A stretch of 64,000 nucleotides of DNA from Cyanobacteria bacterium P01_A01_bin.123 (GTDB taxonomy: Bacteria; Cyanobacteriota; Cyanobacteriia; Phormidesmidales; Phormidesmidaceae). Below, piece by piece: positions 30,612-38,357 of this stretch. Location: contig JBCBZT010000005.1 in the NCBI GenBank assembly GCA_039815185.1, positions 32,001 to 96,000 on the forward strand, given 5' to 3'. The notes below the pieces were generated by a model that was not told the DNA's origin, made no database searches, and worked only from the letters and a program-made list of their open reading frames with translations. Position 1 is the stretch's first letter. Each line of letters starts with the position of its first letter. Position numbers and translations under genes: made by a program.

Positions 30612-31541
30612 ATGCTGCAATTGACTAAATCAGCTCCTACCAAAACTTTCGCCCCCCTTAGCGAATCCTATGAGCGCTGCCGTCAGATTACGGCGAAGTA
30701 CTCTAAAACGTTCTACCTCGGCACATTACTGATGGCAGAGGCCAAACGAAAGGCAATTTGGGCAATTTACGTTTGGTGTCGGCGTACCGATGAACTCGTT
30801 GATGGTCCCCAGGGGCAATTTACGACTGAGGAAACCCTAAAACAGTGGGAGCATCAGCTAGAGTCGATTTTTGCAGGTCAGCCCTTGGATGATTTAGACG
30901 TTGCTTTGGTGGATACCCTAGCCCAATTTCCCCAAGATATTCAGCCCTATCGCGATATGATTGCTGGGCAGCGAATGGATCTGCACCGCTGCCGCTATGA
31001 AACCTTTGATGAACTTAAGCTCTATTGTTATCGCGTTGCAGGCACTGTGGGGCTGATGTCCACGGTGGTGATGGGCTTTGATGATAGCTATAGCAGCGCG
31101 CCTTGGAGTCCGTTCAAATCATCTCCGACCCCCACAGAAGAAGCGATCGCCTTGGGGGTTGCCAACCAGCTTACCAATATTTTGCGCGATGTGGGTGAAG
31201 ATGCCCGTCGGGGTCGTATTTACTTACCCCTAGAAGACTTGGCAACCTTTGGCTACAGCGAAGAAGATTTACTCAACAGCGTTAATGATCACCGCTGGAA
31301 GGCCTTGATGCAGTTTCAAATTCAGCGCGCTAGAGCCTACTACGCCATTGCAGAAAAAGGCATTCGCGTGCTCAGCCCTGATGCCCGTTGGCCGGTGTGG
31401 TCGGCGTTGATGCTCTATCGCAAGATTCTTGATGTAATCGAAGAAAACCAATATGACGTGTTCAGCAAACGCGCCTATGTACCGTCGCTACGCAAATTTG
31501 TGTGTTTACCCATAGCCCTTGTACGCGCCCGCGTATCCTAG
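30612..31541 (+). CDS. crtB: Phytoene synthase
   Basis: WCRRTDELVD, YCYRVAGTVG, NQLTNILRDVGED. Confidence 0.96.
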   Translation: MLQLTKSAPTKTFAPLSESYERCRQITAKYSKTFYLGTLLMAEAKRKAIWAIYVWCRRTDELVDGPQGQFTTEETLKQWEHQLESIFAGQPLDDLDVALVDTLAQFPQDIQPYRDMIAGQRMDLHRCRYETFDELKLYCYRVAGTVGLMSTVVMGFDDSYSSAPWSPFKSSPTPTEEAIALGVANQLTNILRDVGEDARRGRIYLPLEDLATFGYSEEDLLNSVNDHRWKALMQFQIQRARAYYAIAEKGIRVLSPDARWPVWSALMLYRKILDVIEENQYDVFSKRAYVPSLRKFVCLPIALVRARVS

Positions 31542-31573
31542 CGCTAGTGATGACTACCCCAAGGCTTTAGCCT

Positions 31574-32833
31574 TTAGTAATAAGCCTCAATCTCTTTGTG
31601 ATTGAGGGCGAGGGCAATGTTTAAATGCTCTAAGGATTGCACTAACCAAGGAATTTCGCCCTTACGGGTTTGCTCATAGAGGTGAAAGAGAATACCAAAG
31701 CGCTCTTCAAACCAGGGGCGCACCGCCTTACAAAACATCACCACCTTTAATAGCACGCCAACCGTGATCGTATGACCCACATCCTTTAACAAGTTTCGAA
31801 AGTTGACGGTGTTAGGCCGCTTCAAGTTTTCAATCACCAAGAACTCCAAGGCTCGGCGGCAGACTTGGACGATCATTGTTTGGTTGATGGGCATGTCACC
31901 ATCAGCAGCGCTCTCCAGATGCTGACGCAAACGCCGCCCAAAAAGGTTGTTTTGGTAGCGGGGATTTTCACGGCTGAGGGTTTCCAGCAAGTAAGCGGTA
32001 AATTCCCCCTGAAAATCTGCCATGGTTTGCAGCTTTTGACGCTGCTGGGTAAACTCGTTCGCCTGTTGGGAGTAGCTGTTAGAACGCTCTGGGCGATAGT
32101 GGTCAAACGCTAGGAAAAACTCATCCTCTTCAAGTTGGGAGGGGTTTGGCACAAGCAATCCCTGGGGGTTTTGGCGGCTGGCGGCAAATTGGCGACACCG
32201 CTGCTCAAACTGATAGCGGGTCTGGCGCTGGAGTTGAATAATGGTCTCGCGTTGATCGTGGGCCACATCCTTGGTGGTCATCGTTGTTTCATGCAGGTAG
32301 AAGTAGCGCCTCAGGTCTTCCCCCAAGTAGCGATCGCGTTCTGGCGGTATGGCTGTGTCGCCGTCATCTGCAAACAACACCTGCATCTGGCGCTTGAGCG
32401 CGATGTGCTGAGGTGTGCCGACAAACCCCAGTACTAGCTGCTGGAGTTGGCGCACCTGGGGGGTATTGACCCGTTTTTTCGGCAGCTTCTCTAGCTGTGA
32501 GACGAGCTCGCGAATCGCCCCATGGTAGGACACGTCCGTACGCCAGGGGTTGCATAAGATGTAAAAACAGCGATTGAGAACGTAGTGAAATACCTTCTCA
32601 GACTCCGGTTCGGTGGCAATCTGCAACAGCGCTTCCCGCGCCTCCGGTGTGCTTGGGTTCAGCGCTTGAAAGAAAAATTTATAAAACTGATCAATTGCCT
32701 GATCGGTGGGTAACGCGGTAAGACGCCTAGCGAAACCGTAGATCCGGGTTTCCTCAGGGGTATCCGGGCGCAGTGAGAAAAGTTTAGCACCATCTCCTGA
32801 ATGATACATGACAGCCAGCACCTTGCAACACAA
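31574..32833 (-). CDS. Conserved cyanobacterial hypothetical protein
   Basis: 419-aa helical ORF; LNRC.YIL.N.W and LLKVV.FC...P..E.RF.ILF..YE patterns recalled from uncharacterised cyanobacterial proteins. Confidence 0.7.
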   Translation of the reverse strand: MCCKVLAVMYHSGDGAKLFSLRPDTPEETRIYGFARRLTALPTDQAIDQFYKFFFQALNPSTPEAREALLQIATEPESEKVFHYVLNRCFYILCNPWRTDVSYHGAIRELVSQLEKLPKKRVNTPQVRQLQQLVLGFVGTPQHIALKRQMQVLFADDGDTAIPPERDRYLGEDLRRYFYLHETTMTTKDVAHDQRETIIQLQRQTRYQFEQRCRQFAASRQNPQGLLVPNPSQLEEDEFFLAFDHYRPERSNSYSQQANEFTQQRQKLQTMADFQGEFTAYLLETLSRENPRYQNNLFGRRLRQHLESAADGDMPINQTMIVQVCRRALEFLVIENLKRPNTVNFRNLLKDVGHTITVGVLLKVVMFCKAVRPWFEERFGILFHLYEQTRKGEIPWLVQSLEHLNIALALNHKEIEAYY

Positions 32834-33111
32834 CAGAATTCAGTATATTCTAGTAAATTCTTTGTATAAAAAATACGGTCATATTCACAATCGAGATAAT
32901 CAGTACATACACAAGCGTAAAACCTTACTCAAATCAAAAGCTTACCCAGATCGGGTAGCTAAATGAACCCAAAGCAATCAGGCTCAATCCTTGTATCTGG
33001 TTTTGAATGTGATCCACGTCATTCATCTTGTAAGAAAAAGTGGGGAAAAAGCCTTTATGTGCCAGATTACGGACTGTCTTAGTTAGAAAAAAGCATTTTT
33101 AAGCACAATCA

Positions 33112-35973
33112 TTAAATAATGGCCCCTTGTCTAGCCAGTATGCGCTTTTCCACTTCAGAGAGCCCTTGTACCTGCTTGAGATTGAGCCCGGCATAAAAGG
33201 GTTGGTCGGTTTCAGCAGTTGTGATGGGCAAACTGGTGAATTTGCGTAACGGTTTACCACTCAGGGTTTCCCAAAGGGTTATGCCAAACCGAGTCCGGGT
33301 TAGCAGAACCTGCCCATCCCCACTAAAAACCAAGACAGAGGCAGACTGTTCAAATCCTGAAAGCGTTTGTAATGGGGCTTGACCCGGTTGGCTTAAATCC
33401 CAAATTTGAACCGTCCTGTTCTGGCCGCTGCTAGCCAAGAAGCGCCCGTTAGGACTGAAGGCAACGGTTACCACGTAGTCGCCATCGTCGCCTGTGTGGG
33501 ATAACACGCGAGAATCGGCTGGGGTCTGATCAAGACTCTCAATATGAATGCTGCGGTCATTGTACTCAGCCCATAAAACCCGTTCACGGGCGAGACAAAG
33601 GGTGGCTCGAATGGTGTAGTAAGCAGTCGAATGAATGGTTTGAATTGGGCGATCGCGGTCAATGTCCCAGATGAATGTCTTGCTATCGTCCCCACAGCTA
33701 ATCAAGTAGCGTGCTTCTAAATCGGCAGGGCTAAAGGTGAGGTGATGAACGCTGTCGCTGTGGGCACTGAAGACTTGCTTCGGTAGCCCAGTGGCACACT
33801 CCCAGATGACAATGGCACCATCTTGTCGGCCCGCAGCCAGGTAAACCCCATCGGGGCTAACTTGTAGGCAGGTGACGGGGCTGGGGTGATCCATTTCAAA
33901 GGGCATGGGATCAGATGAGCGCAACACATCCCAATAAAACTGAACCTGCCCCTGATCGTTGGCTACGACTAAAGCCCCTGAGTCTGGACAAAAGGCTAAT
34001 GCCTTAACGGGGTGACCATCGCCCGATAAAAAATTGATCAGCGCTAGCCGCTGCTGGGGCGCATATTGCCACACCCACACCCCACCCGTGGCATCACCAA
34101 TGGCCAATGTGCTGCCATCAGCGCTAATCGCGCCACAGATATCACCCCGTAGTCCAGGGGTAAAGATAATATCTTCCAACTGGGCTCGGGCGAAGTTCAC
34201 GCTGCGCACCAAGTTCCGGCGTAAATCAGCTTGGGCAATGTGCAACTCCGTTAACTCCCAATCACGGAGGTCTAGGTTGAGCGCGATCGCCAGGTTAATC
34301 AAGTTGCCTGCCGCATAGCTCCGCTGTTGGGGGTGTTGTCTCAGGTCCTCCAGTAGGGCTTCGAGGGCTTGTTTAAGCACACCTAGATCAGTGCCAATCT
34401 GATATCGTACGGCCCGCACAATTGCCTGCACGATTAGCTTGTTATGGGTTTGACGGGCCTGTTCAGCTGCCGTTGCCAACAAGATGGGATGACTATGGAG
34501 TAATTGAGGACGGCAGTCGAGCACCTCTTGAGAGACAATTGTGGCCAATCGTTCCAAAATCAACGGTCGCAACAGGGGCGGGGTGGGATAAATCAGTGAT
34601 GATGCCGGGTCTTCAATAATCAGATGGCGGCAGGTTAGCGATCGCAATACCCAACCGATAGAAATATTTTGTTCAGTGGTCTTTAACCGCTCCCGCAGCT
34701 TTTGACGGGGTTGAGGAGATAACGCTAACCAATACAAAACGGCTTGCTCGGCTACCAGCAGATCCCGGAAGGGGGACAAGAGCCGATCACTCAATCTCGT
34801 CAGGCTTTCAAGGTTTTCAGGTTTGAGCAGATGCTCTATGTTGCCATTGTGAAAGCGCTGAATTTCATTGACTGTGCCTTGTAGAAGTTCTGGATTGCCT
34901 GCACAAAGCGTGACTAATTCTTGACGGGTTTGGGGTGCCCCTTCTAAGTCAGGGAGGGTTGCCAACCATTGCAGCGCATCGGTTTCTGAAAACCCTGAAA
35001 TGGTCGCTTCAAAATACCGATTATCTGTACCCAATAAATTAGGTCTGACACGGCTAACCCAAATCACACAGCTCCGGTGATAACGCTCTGTCAACGCATC
35101 AAGTAATAGGGGGTAGCCCTGCTTTTCGCGATCGCGTTCACCAGTCCTTAGGGTCAGCACGTCCAGCGGCACGTCGAGTTCTTCAGCTTGATCCAAAACA
35201 ATCAAATACCGTTCTTGCCCCAACTGCCTAATCAATTGATCGACTAAGGCTGGTTCATTCGGCAAGTGTGTTGAGTCAATCGGCACTTGTAGAAACGCCA
35301 TAAACTCTCGATAGAGGTCAGCGACTGTTGCAACTCGATTAGCTCTGCGATAGAACACAGGGCGATCTGCCGGGATATCTCGCAATAGCTTTCCGAGTAA
35401 CCAGGTTTTACCCGAACCGCTGGGGCCATTGAGCACAACTAGCCGATGGTGATTAGCCGTCAAAATCGGTTGCAGTTCTACCAACTCTTGAGTTCGACCG
35501 TAGAAGGCCGGATTGTCGCAGGTGAGTTCTTGAATGTCTCTTTTGGGAGGCGATGGCGTTGCCAAAGGCTGGCTTTCAACGATGGGATTAACCCGCAGCG
35601 TTGACGTCGAAAAAGATGGTTGGCTATTAATCTCGGGGGAGGACCTTGACAATGGCTGTGACTTCTCAAACATCAAAGTCTCAACCGTGCTGCGAAAGGT
35701 ATATTTCGTTAAGCGTTGTTGATTCCAAGCCTTTTTGAGTGATTTCCAAAGCTTTGGTGCGGCATCCCTTTGGAGGGTACCTGGTGAGTAGCTACACTCC
35801 TCAGGACAAAAACCAGGAACATCGTCGTATCTCAAGTCTTTCCAAGCGGCTAACAAGACACAGCGCTCAGTCCGTTTTAGCCCCCTGCCTTCATGCTGTT
35901 GCAGCGTTTCAGCGACATACCGTAGAACGGATTGAAACTCCTCGTTGTCCATAATCTCACGTATCTGACGCAT
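33112..35973 (-). CDS. STAND (NB-ARC-like) ATPase with N-terminal HTH, pentapeptide-like linker and WD40 repeats
   Basis: Walker A GPSGSGKT, LIVLDQAE, YAAGNLINL, WD repeats (ASSGQNRTVQIWD). Confidence 0.85.
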   Translation of the reverse strand: MRQIREIMDNEEFQSVLRYVAETLQQHEGRGLKRTERCVLLAAWKDLRYDDVPGFCPEECSYSPGTLQRDAAPKLWKSLKKAWNQQRLTKYTFRSTVETLMFEKSQPLSRSSPEINSQPSFSTSTLRVNPIVESQPLATPSPPKRDIQELTCDNPAFYGRTQELVELQPILTANHHRLVVLNGPSGSGKTWLLGKLLRDIPADRPVFYRRANRVATVADLYREFMAFLQVPIDSTHLPNEPALVDQLIRQLGQERYLIVLDQAEELDVPLDVLTLRTGERDREKQGYPLLLDALTERYHRSCVIWVSRVRPNLLGTDNRYFEATISGFSETDALQWLATLPDLEGAPQTRQELVTLCAGNPELLQGTVNEIQRFHNGNIEHLLKPENLESLTRLSDRLLSPFRDLLVAEQAVLYWLALSPQPRQKLRERLKTTEQNISIGWVLRSLTCRHLIIEDPASSLIYPTPPLLRPLILERLATIVSQEVLDCRPQLLHSHPILLATAAEQARQTHNKLIVQAIVRAVRYQIGTDLGVLKQALEALLEDLRQHPQQRSYAAGNLINLAIALNLDLRDWELTELHIAQADLRRNLVRSVNFARAQLEDIIFTPGLRGDICGAISADGSTLAIGDATGGVWVWQYAPQQRLALINFLSGDGHPVKALAFCPDSGALVVANDQGQVQFYWDVLRSSDPMPFEMDHPSPVTCLQVSPDGVYLAAGRQDGAIVIWECATGLPKQVFSAHSDSVHHLTFSPADLEARYLISCGDDSKTFIWDIDRDRPIQTIHSTAYYTIRATLCLARERVLWAEYNDRSIHIESLDQTPADSRVLSHTGDDGDYVVTVAFSPNGRFLASSGQNRTVQIWDLSQPGQAPLQTLSGFEQSASVLVFSGDGQVLLTRTRFGITLWETLSGKPLRKFTSLPITTAETDQPFYAGLNLKQVQGLSEVEKRILARQGAII

Positions 35974-36228
35974 ACAGACTCTGACCTAGTAAAGAGTCTA
36001 ACGTGAAGTCACTGACTTTTGCTGACTTTTGAACAACTAACCTCTGCCCAAAACCGATTTTCACCGTCTTCACAACTGACTTTTTGTTAGGAGGTCAGTT
36101 ATTTTATCTGAGGACTTACTGACTCTATGCCCTGATCTCCTTCATGGAGTCATACATTTCCCTGCTTTACTTCTAAAAGAGCAGGGCTCCCTTTTACGCC
36201 TGTTATAAGTATTTTCCCTCAATTTTCT

Positions 36229-36300
36229 TAACTCTCTACTAACTTTCACTGACCTTTTTGATAACTTTCACTGACCTTTTTGTTGACTTTCACTGATGAC
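36229..36300. repeat. 22-bp tandem direct repeats (TAACTTTCACTGACCTTTTTGA, ~2.7 copies)
   Basis: Units at 36240, 36262 and partial at 36284. Confidence 0.85.
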
Positions 36301-36382
36301 GTTTAATGCTGGCAAATGTAGGATGTTAAATGATAGAGGGTTATATTATGGATCTAGAACGTAAACTTCTAATAGTTTATGC

Positions 36383-36424
36383 ATGCAATCAAGGAACATA
36401 TAAATGCAATCAAGGAACATATAA
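36383..36424. repeat. 21-bp perfect tandem duplication
   Basis: ATGCAATCAAGGAACATATAA x2. Confidence 0.9.
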
Positions 36425-36557
36425 GTTCTGATTGGGCAAGAATGTATAGCCCGCAAGCGCTTTTGGCTAAAGGTAGAATCTTGTTTTTTGTAAGGTTCTT
36501 TCTTGATTTGCATTTTACGGAAAGTTGCAGCCACTATTATGTTGTCTTTGAAGTAGA

Positions 36558-36917
36558 ATGATGGCTATTCTCTCTGGTAAGGATAATTTGAACAGTGTTG
36601 ATTACAGTGGCCTTGTTAAGGCTATTGTCACGCTAAATTTAAGAGAGCAACCTTCGTTGTATTTGGACACTGTTAAGCCTACCGATTTTTCTTCCCGATA
36701 CGCTTACAGACAGGCTCTTATTGATAAGCAAAACTTTTATACTGGTGAGTTGATTCAAAAAGTTAGGAAAGAATTGCAGAATATCGTTCCAAAAGTTTTC
36801 GGCGGTTCTTCAAGTTCAGTGTTTGTTATAGAGGGAACCATATCGCAAGTGGCGCAAGTAGAAGCGCTAGAAAGCGTAAAGCGAGTAGTGCTGGATGCAC
36901 CAATCCAGATGCATTGA
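36558..36917 (+). CDS. Standalone 119-aa protein homologous to the N-terminal domain of the neighbouring NACHT protein (propeptide/I9-like)
   Basis: PTDFSSRYAYRQALIDKQ vs PKNYKSRKAYREAAISRQ; GGSSSSVFVIEGTISQ vs GGQTSNVVTARGTVEQ. Confidence 0.75.
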   Translation: MMAILSGKDNLNSVDYSGLVKAIVTLNLREQPSLYLDTVKPTDFSSRYAYRQALIDKQNFYTGELIQKVRKELQNIVPKVFGGSSSSVFVIEGTISQVAQVEALESVKRVVLDAPIQMH

Positions 36918-37294
36918 ATAGTTCAATAAAGAAGTGCTTACCTTCCGCAATGTTGATTTTCCTTGCTAATTAGGAGGACTTCAGATTGTCTACGGGAAAC
37001 TGAATCTTATATCTACGGCGTACTAAGAGGCAGTTAGGGCATTATCCAAATCACTAGTTCATAGTTCATCTTTGATAGGAGTTTTTGCCTCAGTGTCCCT
37101 GGTCTCTTAGAGAGCGATAAGTGTCTGAATCGCTTATACGGCAGGCACCTTGAGTGATTTCGGTAAAACCTCTGGAAGCGCTTACTCCTTAATGCTTTAT
37201 GACTCCTGTCATCCGTTAGCAGATCAGTTGCCAACTCAGAATATCCTAAATGACTTTTTGCGATAGTATATGCTTTTTTGAGCAGATGGTGTGA

Positions 37295-38212
37295 TCATCC
37301 GTACGAGCTGATGCCAAAAGCGATGTAGTTGTATGGAATAAGCTGATCCCGACCGTAGTCTTTAACAATTTGTCCAGTGGTCGCGTCGTAGACCCAGTCT
37401 TTCCAATCCCAAGCGCGCTTCAAAGCCTCGGGAATCTGGACAGCGACATAAACGCCTTGAGCAAGTTGAGCCCCCATTGGGTTATTCCCAAAATCTAAGC
37501 CAATCTGGATATCCTGGACAGCAACATTTTTACGGCGCTTTGCAATTGACTTGGTCAAACCAACAGCCATCTCCGACAAAGGTCTTATAGCTGGTTGAAC
37601 GGTGGTAGCGAGCTGCAACCCTGCTTTGAATGCATCGGATTCGAGAAACTTAATGGCTTGCTCATCTTCTTCATTTTTTACATTGACGGTAAAGCATTTG
37701 AGAATTAGGCCGTCGTTGCCGATATTTATACCGAGAAATATTGGATAGTTTAAGATAGCTGCGCGTTCTCCCTCACGTACTCGATATGTACTGTTGAAAT
37801 GCAAATGCTCCGTGGCTTCGGGAAGAACATTCTGAGCATAAAAATCAAAAAGAATTTGATGGGTTCCACTACCTGGGTAAGACGCAACTCTCAATGCGTT
37901 AAGTGTGACTTTGATCTGGCGACCTTTTAAGGATAAGTCAGATGAAACATTGCTGGCAGAGCTAATAGGTATATCTCGGTTGTCAGCAATATCTGGAGGG
38001 ATATAACCGAACGTATAGGCTGTGTGTTGCCAAAGTCTGTTCTGAAAAGGCCAGGGCCTGCCTAAGCTCAATATTGTTACTTTTTCATCAGTAACTTCTT
38101 CTAGCGCCTCTGCTGAAACTTCGTCGCCCATCTCATATAACTTCGTTGCTGCCTGCTCAGGAGACATATTAGCAATTACGCATAAATCATCAAACCATTG
38201 ACTCGAAATCAT
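37295..38212 (-). CDS. Uncharacterised 305-aa protein, candidate effector of the S8-NACHT locus
   Basis: Co-oriented downstream of NACHT; beta-rich pattern with a central amphipathic helical pair. Confidence 0.8.
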   Translation of the reverse strand: MISSQWFDDLCVIANMSPEQAATKLYEMGDEVSAEALEEVTDEKVTILSLGRPWPFQNRLWQHTAYTFGYIPPDIADNRDIPISSASNVSSDLSLKGRQIKVTLNALRVASYPGSGTHQILFDFYAQNVLPEATEHLHFNSTYRVREGERAAILNYPIFLGINIGNDGLILKCFTVNVKNEEDEQAIKFLESDAFKAGLQLATTVQPAIRPLSEMAVGLTKSIAKRRKNVAVQDIQIGLDFGNNPMGAQLAQGVYVAVQIPEALKRAWDWKDWVYDATTGQIVKDYGRDQLIPYNYIAFGISSYG

Positions 38213-38213
38213 T

Positions 38214-38249
38214 GATTTTATTTTAAGAAACGATTTTATTTTAAGAAAC
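38214..38249. repeat. 18-bp perfect tandem duplication
   Basis: GATTTTATTTTAAGAAAC x2, immediately before the 38212 start codon. Confidence 0.9.
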
Positions 38250-38357
38250 GTTTGAAGGTATTTTATACGGATAGATAGATTCTGTACTCAATTTTCAATC
38301 TACTTCTACGTGTGGTTGCGCTTTGTAATTTTTAGAACACGGCATATCTATTTTAAG

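Noticed and set aside
36229..36424. CRISPR array
   Set aside because: Repeats are directly tandem with no unique spacers, and no cas genes are present
37034..37234. 66-aa ORF or CRISPR-leader-like palindromes
   Set aside because: Non-ATG start, no motif, palindromes too degenerate, no array follows
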